Shown in pieces: positions 41,081 to 52,331 of a DNA stretch of 64,000 nucleotides (the stretch's first letter is position 1; each line of letters opens with the position of its first letter). The DNA is taken from assembly GCA_023213395.1 (NCBI GenBank), contig CM041465.1, positions 167,407,741-167,471,740 of the forward strand, in the 5' to 3' direction. The notes under the pieces were generated by a model. It was not told the DNA's origin, searched no databases, and was given only the letters and a program-made list of their open reading frames with translations. The position numbers and the translations under genes were made by a program. The DNA is from Cycas panzhihuaensis (taxonomy: Eukaryota; Plantae; Cycadophyta).

Positions 41081-41145
41081 TCTCCATAATGAGGATAAAC
41101 TATAGCTCTGAATTCTCTTATTGTCTAATGAGCTAAAACTATGGA
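41081..41145 (+). repeat. two GAG-N-TAAACTAT motif copies just after the pol stop
   Basis: tctccataatgaggataaactatag; ctaatgagctaaaactatgg. Confidence 0.7.
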
Positions 41146-42106
41146 TAATTCTCTTCTCTAACTACTCTTTATGTTTCTTTAATTTTCTTTTGCTTTCACA
41201 AAGTGGTACTCTTATAATCATGTAAGACTATTACCCTTTTCTACATACGTATTAGTTGTAAATCTTTATATTTTAAAGTTATCTATTTGTTTCTCTTTTG
41301 AGCTTTGTACTTAAGAGGGAATTTGGGCCCCCAGTTTTACCACTCATAGTTGTTCTTGAGAAGAGATCTATTTCATCGGTTTTAGTCACTTCACCAGTTG
41401 CTTAGGTCATCCTTTATACATTAGTTTTCACCTTGAGGATTTCTTTTTAGTTATTTATCACCCATGTTTCTTTTCTTCTTATCATCCTTGGTTTTTCTAT
41501 TTACACTTTTGAGGTGAGTGCTCATTCTGCCACCTTCCCTATATATTTGGAGACATCGTGATTTATATCTCCTCTTTTTTCCCATAGTTTAACATCTAAG
41601 GAGTTTAATTTCTTTTATTCCATCTTGATTTTATTAAAAAGGAAAAATTCTTATAGTATTAAGAGGAGGCACTTCACAATTAGATGGGGATAATCCTCTT
41701 TCTCTTATAAATATAAAAAATAAAAAATAAAAAAAAATAAAAGGCCATAAAAATAGTGAGAATAAAAAATATATATTGTCATCATCTGCTTATAATCTGG
41801 GGCAAGTTACATGATAGCTTCATCCCTACCTATACTCATAATAGGTTGGGTCCATTTAGATGAATCATTTAGGATGTTTGGGTCTAGTTGCATGGGTCCA
41901 TCATGGCCTTAGTTATGATCAAACCCTATTTAATACCTTTTTATAGTTGGTTATTATGATCCTAATTATGATTTTTCCTCTTCCTCCTTATAGTTGAAAC
42001 CAATCTATTTTTATTTATTATTATCTCCTTACTTATTGATTCCTACACTTTTCTCTATTGAGTACACCATCTCTAAATATTGATCCTATTTTTTATAGCA
42101 TTAAGT

Positions 42107-42490
42107 ATTTTCACTAAAAGAGGTACTAGAGGTAACCCTAGACTATCTGCTATCACTTGGTTGATTTATGACCAATCACGAAACCTACTTTTAACTACTA
42201 ATTTATTTTTACCTAGAGAAACCAACAATGAAGTCAAATACTCTAATATTATAGGAGCTTTGTTTAACATTTATCAATCTTATTGTGGTCTTATTATCAT
42301 TTATTCTAACTTGCAGATCATGGTTTACCAATTAGTTAGGATATAATATATTCACTCTCTATGACTCCTTTCCCTTTACCATCAAGTTTCATCATTGATG
42401 TTCTTATTTTCTTTAGTGACTATCCAGTTTATTCCTCAGGCTCTTAATATTGAAATGGATGCTCTAGTTTCTTTTATCTCGGATGACTAT
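42107..42490 (+). pseudogene. archaeal-type RNase HI (aRH) about 1 kb downstream of integrase
   Basis: IFTKRGTRGNPRLSAITWLIYD...ETNNEVKYSNII...YSNLQIMVYQL...FIPQALNIEMDALV. Confidence 0.85.
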
Positions 42491-42523
42491 CTTGGGTAGC
42501 TTTCATCTTATACTGGGGGTACC

Positions 42524-42575
42524 CTACTTTAAAACGAGTATAAACTACCACTCTATAAAGAGTATAAACTATGGG
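42524..42575 (+). repeat. two motif copies after aRH
   Basis: aaaacgagtataaactacc; actctataaagagtataaactatgg. Confidence 0.75.
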
Positions 42576-42599
42576 TTTTGGAGGTAGAAATATGGGTAA

Positions 42600-44597
42600 T
42601 ATGAAGGTTGAGTTGATAGATTTAAGGATGAAATGAAGTGTTAGAAAAGATAGACTTACATGGGAATCATGGGCTGAGGAGGTTCTTGGTAGGGGGCAAG
42701 TTCCTAAAAGCTTCTTATCCTTAGAAGAAGCTAATGAAGAATCCTATATACTTGAGAAACTAGTCGTTTATTAGGTGAAACTAGTTTTTTCACTTCATAA
42801 ACAGCATGCTTTTCTAAAGATATATTATATAAATATCAATTTTGGTTTATGTTTATATAATTTATATTGAGTATGATGTGAATTATGTAACATTTTCTTT
42901 TTAGCAAATTTCTGTTATTCCATCTTCTATTTTTATAAACCTATTACTACTTGTTTTCCAAATGGTTTTGTATTTATATAAGTGGAATAGTAAATCTTTT
43001 ACATCTACTCTCTTTTACCATTTAACATGTTTTCTTCCTTTAATTGAGATTTAACTCTCAGAGCCTTAACTCCATCCACATGTCCTAAATTATATTTTGA
43101 GCCTATAACATATGGCTAAAATACTCAATCTAATTCCTTAATAGTGTGCAATCAATGATATTCTATGTTAGAGGCTCCTCCAACATAGTTGCATAGGGGA
43201 AGATCAAATCTAGCATCCTCTAGATCTCTGAGAGAGTCAAGCTCTCCTCACCTATCCATGAAAACATATCAATCGTGATGAGTCTACTATAGAAAGGGTA
43301 GATAATCAAAGGAAAATAATTAATTATATCCAAAATATATTGTTAGTTATCCTCCTCCTGCCAACTCTTCTCCCCTTGATAGCTTTACCACTATCTCCCA
43401 TATTAGCTACAAGGTTGCATCTCTTTGAGGCTCTTGGCGAACCTCTTGAGGAACATCTCCCTCTCCCCCTATTATCCCATCTCCTACTCTTCCTTAACAA
43501 TCTACTGAACCTAACTTCATACTCTATATAAAGCCTCCTCTATCACCACCTTGTGCTCCACCTATTACTTGAAGCATATTCCTACCTCCTCTCCCACCTC
43601 CACTGGTTGATGGATTATCCCTCTCTCCCCTCCTACCTTAACTAATTAGATGTTGTCCTCCATTGTCTCCTCCTCTACCTCCTCTCCCTCTCTCTCTAGA
43701 TACAATAGGAGGCTCTTTTACTATTGCTCTCTCAGCTATATCTGCCTCTTCATCACTCTAGACTGGTAACCCTTCATATGGGTCTTCTGCTAACTATCTC
43801 CTAGTCATCTAACTTGGTAGAGGACTATGTGTACTCCTTACTACTATAGCTACCCTCTTATGGATTTAGGTTCTCATGTGTAATTTATTCATCCATGGAT
43901 CCATAATAGTCATCTCTCCTAACACTCCATCTAGCCTCATCAATGGGATATGGTCATATAACCAACACATAAGGATCAAACTACAGGAAAAACCTTCTTG
44001 GCATTGGCTTCTAATCCTAGATAACTAAAGGCATATGCTATCAACTATGTACTAACCCTAGTTCATCCTAAACCTCTTCTCACATCTCCTGATTACCCCA
44101 ACCTAATATGCAGGGACCCCCATAAAGTTTTAGGTCCTCCCAATCCTAAATATAATGATTAAGATAATGATCTTTTATATAATAGGTATGCCCTCTACTA
44201 TCCTCATTATCTCAATTGATATCTCATGAGGACTAAAATAATTAATGAATTTAGTGAGATACTAATTGTAGGCCTCTTCAAACTCATCATCAATCACCTT
44301 ATTTAGCTTGATCCTATCTCCATGCCAACTAACTTCTAAAATTCTCCTAATGCCTCTAGGAGTAATTTGAATATCTCTAATAGCTTGTACCCTAAATATA
44401 TTCCTTCTTAGGATCTAGTAACTAATAAAGTCACGCAAAATCCCATATTCCATAACTAGTTGGGTTGACCCACTCGCTTGAGATAACCCACATCTCCTCA
44501 ATAGGGCTTGATCTTCTTTAGTAAGTTGGTTAACCAACTCCTCGATCACCAATCCCCTATTTTCTTCAGTCTCTACCCTCTTTAGAGGCTAAATCAT
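42600..44597 (-). pseudogene. antisense extra ORF of element B with a plant-mobile-domain (PMD)-like N-terminus
   Basis: Minus frame MEYGILRDFISY*ILRRNIFRVQAIRDIQITPRGIRRILEVSWHGDRIKL resembles the PMD pattern L..LV..W....NTF.....ITP.DV..ILG...G. An Arg/Glu/Gly-rich low-complexity tail follows. 3' end uncertain. Confidence 0.55.
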
Positions 44598-45339
44598 AGC
44601 AAAAATAATCAAGTTAAATTTTAATTTTTACTTTTGAAAAAGCTTTCCTTTTTAAAATTTTTCTTCTAAATTCAAAAATGTGATAAGTTAGCAAAAAATA
44701 CGATAACATGGTTAAAAACATGACTTCTTTATCAAAAACACAATCTTTCAATTTTTCATTTCAAATTACAAAATTGTGTTTTTGATTCCTTAGTCATATT
44801 TTTAGTTGAGTTGCCACGTTTTTCACCCCTGCTTCATCACATTTATCACCAAAAAGTTTAGTTTTTAAAAAAATTACAAAGAGGACTCACTGGATATCTA
44901 ATCCCTTGGTGCATCTCCTCAATCCTTACCTTCGAGAGATAATCTCTCAACTAAATGATCTTTAATCATCTATAAAATACAAAAAGTAGGTCCTCTTAGT
45001 CATTATTTTTTCAACTCTCACTCATGAAAATGAAATTATACCTTATTATTTTTCTTATAAAAAAGAGGGGGCTTTTCTTTGTTTTTTTGGACAAAAAAAT
45101 TTCTTGTCTCTATTTCATCTATCTAGGTTAGTTTTATCTTCTTTTAATAATTTCCCTAGATAGATTATTCCTAAATGCAAGAACTGATATATCTTTCATC
45201 AATTAGGGTTATCGTTAATCTTAATTTATTTACCTTTTAATGAGCAATTTGATAGCCTAAGTATGGTATCTTTTACTTATTTTTTAACCTATTTTAACCT
45301 TTCTTTTAGTCATCAATACATTCTAAACCCCTTTTACCC

Positions 45340-45720
45340 ATTAATAAGCTAAAACTATAATAAAAGGCTTTGAAAAGTCACATACCAATGAGCTAAAACC
45401 ATGGTAGTCTTAGGGTCTGAAAAGTCACCTATTAATGAGCCAAAAAACTATGACAGTCCATCCTCAATGCTCCAACAAAAGGACTTTCCTCTGAGACTTG
45501 GTTAATGAGAGATAAACTATGACCATCTAGGTTTCTAAGCCCTATGTAGTTTATGGGTATTCTTAATGTTATTTTTAATTGAGTAAGTGTAAGTACCATC
45601 TAGTTTATGGGCATCATTGATAGTTCTTTCAAGGGAAAAAAGATCATAAGTCCCATCTTGGCTATGGGCAATCTTATGATATTGTGCCTTTTTAAGCCCT
45701 ATCTATTTAATAAGCATTTC
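45340..45720 (+). repeat. four AATGAG..AAACTAT motifs, then four TAAGCCCCAT..ATGGGCA-like motifs, upstream of the 3' LTR
   Basis: First motif at about 45343, 45387, 45434, 45504; second motif at about 45536, 45590, 45647, 45693. Confidence 0.65.
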
Positions 45721-45926
45721 AGCAATAACTTTATCTTATTATTCTAGTGGAGTTAAGATTAACTTAGTTTGATTTTAGTACCTTTCTTTATACTAGCTTT
45801 CCATCATCCATATACCTTATTCAAATCTTTTACCTTTTCAGAAAAACCTTCATTATGAATTATTGTCACCTTTTACCATCCTACTTATTTTTTAATGTAG
45901 GTAGCTTTAGGTGCTAATGGGGTAAA

Positions 45927-47860
45927 GATTTCACCAAAATTTGGTCCTAATCTATTCTCATATATTTTATTAACAAGTATCTTATTTAGTTTGCATTTAA
46001 TCAATTGATTTGAAGGTTATTTTATGTTATGTTGGACCACATTTAGTTTTGGTGAAATATGGTATCAATCTTGTGAATGGTTTATGTTGAATGATAATGA
46101 TTGTATTATTATGTAGTTATTTGTTGATGACTAAAATGATAATAACATAATCCCACCTTTAAAATCATTCTAACTCACTTTTTCTTCTTGTAATGTTTCC
46201 TTGTTTTAGCCCTTTCTCTTGATTTTATATTTAAGATTGCCATCTTTTTATGATTACTAAGATTATACTTAAGTTTTTACCCCTTCTAGGCTGTTATTTT
46301 TTATTAATAAGATCATATCAATTCAAATTTTCTTGATAAAATTTATTTTTGGTAGTTGAATATTAAGTTTTACTTTATATTTCATTATATTTTTTATTAT
46401 ACTAAAAATTTAATTAATCACATTTTATTAAGGCAACCACATATTTGGTTGGTGATAAAACAGGACTGGTCACATTTTTAACTACCATACATGCAATTTC
46501 TTTTAACATACTAGTTTTATATGCCACCACCTAGATTTGGTACAAACCTACCCTCGTTCATGCCCAAAATTGCTCGAAACCCTTCAGAGGACTTAGAAGT
46601 GACGGCTTACCTTAAAATTTAATGGTAACTAGAATTCTAAGAGATTTTAGCCTTGTAATTTTGGGAAAAAAACAAAGAGTCAAGGAAAAAGATTTGGAGC
46701 TCTAAATATTAGTTTCATACTATTCAAATTTAAATTGTTACTACTTTGTTGAGGTATTTTATTTGTTATAACTATTTATCTCTGGATTCATCTCTTTGAT
46801 AAGATCTTTTCCATCACTTTTGCTTTGGATTTAGAGCTTTCTTGATTTTTTTTTTTTTTTTTTATGGCTAGTAATTGCTCTCTCCCTTATTTGAATTCTA
46901 GAAACTTTTCACCTTTGTTTTTTTTTTTTAACCTTGGGAATCCTTGGCTAAAAGGTTAGCTATTTATGGGAATCTAAGAAAATAGACTATTATGAAGAGA
47001 GATCTTCTTCTTCACCTTGAAATATAGTTATTTCTTCTCATTCTTCTTAGTTGTTTAAGCTATTCAAGGGATTTTAGTCCTACCTTCTTCATTTTTTATT
47101 ATTATGTTTCTTCTTCATAATTTCTCCCTCTCTTATGCTAGTTTAAAGGGATAATTTTGAAAAGATTGGACTTAATAAAGGAGGATTACTATTCTAAGGT
47201 ATAAAATATAAATAGTATAAAATATATCATTTAAGTAGTGGATTGTGAAATTTATTTGTGCTACATTCCTTGACTCTTTTCTCTTATATATATATATATA
47301 TGCATGTATATTCATGAATGAAAACTTATGAGTTAGAATAAAGTTTATATGAGGTTCAAGGATCCCATGGTGCCTTGAAGCTCTATGATTGATAGAATCT
47401 CTTTATGTTTTTTCAATCTACTATTTGTTCAATCAATGGAATCATTATAAAATTAGTTGTATATTTATTTTATGGACTGCATGCCATCTCTTTAGCTAAA
47501 ATCATGCTTGAAATCTCTTACCTTCATTAAAATCACCATCAGGATTAGAAAGTAGTATGCATATGAATTGAAATCTATAGCATAAGTTTTATATGTTACT
47601 TCCACTTCTATCAAGTTGTATGCATTCAATACTTCACGTTATAAGAGTTTCATCTTATTCTTTTTATGTTTGAAAGAAAGTGTATCTTGAACAATTAGAA
47701 GATAATAGTTCTTTTATTTCATGTAATCTTTCTCCTAAAAAGAAAAAAGAGATTGCATGCATGGTTTATTTTCTTTCTTTAGGTTGAAAATATAGTTCAT
47801 CTCTTTGTTTTTATTGGTTGTTTTTCTTGCACTATTAAGAAGTTTATAATTCTTCCATTT
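45927..47860 (+). repeat. 3' LTR of element B (truncated)
   Basis: Homologous to 31821-33750; similarity stops abruptly at about 47860. Confidence 0.85.
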
Positions 47861-48895
47861 TTTCAAGGCACTACTTATGAAGGAAAATCCATCCCCATGA
47901 TATCTATAATCATGTAAGGGTGTTCATGCAGAGTATCTTCCTGGTACTAACCATTAACCCGTGAACCATATAGGGATCAATGTTTGATTGTTTTCCTATT
48001 CTAGGTTGGTAAGGGAGAATATAGGGATCCTCCTATATAACCAAAGGTATATAGAGGCATAAGTCCATAGCTAGGTTTTTTCTAAGGCCTAAGTATTAGT
48101 ATAGTTAACACCTCACTTCACATAATGATGTATATCCAACTATACTTAGCTAGTAATAATAGATCCCCTTGATATTTATAGACCCCTACCACAGGGTCTC
48201 TACCTAGACACTAGAGGAGTGGAGGGTAGGATTTATTGATTTGGACTGAGTTACCTACCTACAGTTGATTAACATAGATAACAATACTAAATAGAATTTA
48301 GAAAAATGAAGATTACTTATAGGGGAGTGTTTGGAAATTCACTAAGGGAAAAGAAATTTCCTTTTTAATGATTATTAAATCTTCCTACTAGATCTTTGTA
48401 TCTTACATTGATGCCATTTGTTACATCCAAACTAGTAAATTTTAATCAAAAGAAATGATAAGAAAGCACAAATAGATCTTTTATCATTAGAGTAACTTAG
48501 ATTTATATTCAGAATATGAAAGGATATACGAAAGATTAAAGAATTCTAAAAGAGAAGATGTATGCTAGTACAATCTTATAAAAATTGATTATGACACAAG
48601 AGATTTCTTTATAAATATGTGGCCTTTAGTAGATAAAAGTGGTTGCTTTTCCCTAATATTCTATTAGTGGACCATGCAACCTTTATTCTCATTGGTGGTG
48701 ATATGTGACCCATGCACATATATTAATAATTGGTATTAACTTTTACCACCTTAACCATGCAATCAAATACTTATATATTGCTAACCTTGGGAGGTTACTT
48801 GACATTGGATCAAATAGGGTAAGTCTTCTCTTCCTTATAGGGCTAGCTAAAGTTCATCCACAATAGAAGAGTTTGCAATATTCCATGAGTCAACA
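47861..48895 (+). mobile_element. 3' end (PPT and LTR, about 48328-48895) of a copia-type element
   Basis: AGGGGAG|TGTTTGGAAA at 48321-48337, TATA-like TATAAATA, candidate end CAACA at 48895. Confidence 0.5.
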
Positions 48896-51800
48896 TCTTA
48901 CTATTTATCCCACCATATATTTTAAGCTATTTGTGATGTTGAAGCTAAGGAAGAAGCTAGATAAAACCTATTACTTGAGTCTCTTTTTCAAGACTTAAGG
49001 CCCCAATTAGACCAATACCCCCTATTCTTAGGACTTGATATGATTTCTTTAACTCTAAGTGGCATGGGTAGCTATAAGTATTTAGTCATACTTAATGACT
49101 TTAAGTTAGATCAAATAGACAAAAGGCCTCCTACACATCATGTGGACATGATATCTCATACATGGGGGATGTATGTCATGTAGATATTCCCCTCTATTTG
49201 GTCTTTTCAAAAGGGCCTCTCCTCTGGTCGAGCCTTAATAAGACCCCATGTAAAACCCCAAGACCTTGTCTTCATTACGTCCAACCCATAGGATATCCTC
49301 TTTTTAGTGAGTCTAGATTACATGACATTTATACCAACTCATCCATACTTGTCATCCTAATTTCTAAGAAGAGATCCTTGAGTTAATATCTATGACTCCT
49401 CCTCATCCTCAACCCATCCTACTATCTACCAACCTTGTGGGACTCTTATGGGTAGTCACCAACTTAGGTGATATGTTTAGGATCCCTAATGTGATAAAAT
49501 CCCTTTGAGGAAGGGTGACAACCTCACCCTTCTAACTTGAATCATTAACATAATCTGTCATGTTTAGGACTTCCCTGATATGATGCTGATGTAAGTTGAT
49601 CCATACCTTACCCCTTTAATCTATGACTTAGATGCTAAGTTTAACTCTACCTTCTTACATGATGAGTTCATCATCCATGAACCCCCTCCATTGTTCCTTT
49701 CTAATGGACCAATGGGCCCTCTATTTTTGACCAAAGGCCTAAAACCAATGACCCTCCTATTACCTTTAACTAACTCCTTTAGGAAGTGGATCATATATAC
49801 TATTGGCATCAATAATTATCTTCTCTAGAATATACCCTTCACTTAATTTAATTAGTTTCTTAAGTAATACACCAACCCTCCCTTATAAAACCCAAAGGCC
49901 ATCCCTTAGGGAAAGGACATCAATGGGATAGATTACTTTCAAAATAATGAAGTGCTACTACAACACCTTATAGGGGATTCCACTAATCCTCCTCTAAATC
50001 ACCATAGTTTGGGATTTAAAAAGTTCCTCATCATTAGTTCTCCTTTAGCTAAGCCTTTTACAACTCAAGTTATCCCAAATCTACTCATTAGCCAAGCCCC
50101 TCCTTATTTTGAGGAGGGGAATATACTTATTATGGAAGGAACTATAAACATAACTACCACCCTAAGTAAGATCATAAAGGTGGGGGTAAAATGCTCCTCT
50201 AAATAAATAGTTTAATACATGGAGCTCTTCTAAGAGTTCTAAGATATATTTATGTGGGATTACACTAACATAAAGGTCATAAGCCTTGAGATCATCACCC
50301 ATAGCCTCATAACTATTCTAGAATCTAACCTTCTAAGGTAGAAATAATGGACAATTCACCCTAAGCTTTTGACTATTATCAAGATGAAGTTCAAGAAGCT
50401 CCATAATATGGGTTTAATCACCTTGATCAACTATCCATGTTAGGTCTCAAACATTTTCTTAATTGTAATGGAAAATGGAGTAATATGTATTTGTATTGAT
50501 TTTAGATAGATCAGTAATACCTACCATAAGGACAACTTCCCCTCCCTTTTATCAATTAGATCATAGGACACATGATAGGGTTCTTAAGCTAAAATCAAAT
50601 TTAGATCTAACTTAAGAATCATCACTAGACAACCTTTACCACTGCCCAAGGCACATTTGTTTATATAGCAGCAGCCTTGGGCCTTAAAAAAACTAGTGTA
50701 ATGTACCAATGATCCATGCACTTAATTTTCCATGATTTCATCAATAAGATCTTGGAGGTGCTTATAAATGATGTACTTGACCTATCATGTAAAAGGAGAG
50801 ACCACCCTACTAATCTAAAGAAAATCTTCTTCAAATGTAAAAAATTCCATATTAGTTTAAAACTGCATAAGTGTGTATTCATAGTTATAATAGGGAAGCT
50901 CTTAGGATTTCTCATATCATACAAAGGTATTGAAGTTGACCCTTATAAAGTAGGGGTAATCTTAGAGATGCCTCCCCCTTAAATATAAAATCACATAAAA
51001 TCCTTTCTTAGGTATCTTAGATTCTTATGGTGTTTCTTAGCAAACTTTTTGATGAATGACAAACCCATGAATAACCTCCTTAAGAAGGAGAGCCTATTTA
51101 TTTAGGCACTAATAACACAAGTTACCTTTGAAGAACTTAAACATAACCTAGTTTCTACCCCTATATTAGCTCCCCTATAGTTTGAAAAACCTTTCATTTT
51201 GTATACAGCATCTATGAGTGTGCTTGTTAGGGCTATGTTAGCCCAAGAAGATGATTTAGGAGTGTAGTGTGTAGTTTATTTTATTAGTTTCACTCTCATC
51301 ACTACAAAGTTTAATTACACCTTGGTTGAAAAAAATTGCCTCACTCTTATGTTTACCACCAAAAAATTGAGGCACTACCTCCTTGGAAACATAACAAACA
51401 TCATCATCTAATCTAATCCCTTGCACTTCCTAATGACAAAATTAGATCTCATAGGATAATTAAGAAAGTAGGCTATTCTCTTACAAGATTATAACCTATA
51501 AATTATTAACAAAAATTCCAAGAAAGGAATGGTGGTGGTAGAGTTATTAACTCACACATTCCTCCCTAATCTAACAAACACTTCTATTAATAATTCTCTA
51601 CTTGACAAAGCCATCATGGCCCTTATGTAAACCCATGGCCAAAGGCATATTAACAAAGAATGGAATGACAACATTATTCACTACTTAGTCCATAAAGTAT
51701 TTCTCAAAAATGTTAGTGACAAAGTTAAACAATGCATAAGGGATATAAGTTGATAATATTTTTTCATGTGTGACACCTTTACAAGCAATTATTTGATGAA

Positions 51801-52331
51801 ATTCTTGTTAAATATGTCAATCTAGAAGAGACACATTAGATCCTCTACAACTCTTATGATAACATCTATAAAGGGTATTTCAATAGATAATCAATGGTCT
51901 AGAGAATCTTACAAATGGGTTTCTTCTAGCCTATCCTATTCAAAGATGCCCATGTCTATGTTCAAAAATGTAAGCGATGCTAATAACATTCTAATATTGT
52001 GCACTAGCCTTTTGAGGCTCTATATATCATCCTTTCACCTTGGCCCCTCTCTCAGTAGGGCTTGGGTTTAATAAGGGCTATCATGCCCCCATCCTCTTTG
52101 GGTCATAAGTTTATCTTAACTATGATAGAGTATTTCACCAAATAGGTAGAAGCCATACATATTTTATTAACAATGGTAAAAACTATCACCACATTCATCT
52201 TTCAATATGTTATTTATCATTTTGAGATATTAGACATCTTGATCACAAATAATAAAATTCCATACTATGACAAAGAAGTTGATGAATTATGTGATAAATT
52301 TCACATCCATCTTCAAACCTTATCATCTTAT

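Larger units (their letters stand above)
31821..47860 (+). mobile_element. old full-length Tat-type element B (LTR-gag-PR-RT-RH-INT // aRH // antisense PMD-like ORF-LTR), 3' LTR truncated
   Basis: Direct repeats 31821-34102 and about 45927-47860 with many C>T/G>A differences, decayed PBS at 34103, and all pol domains recognisable. Confidence 0.9.
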
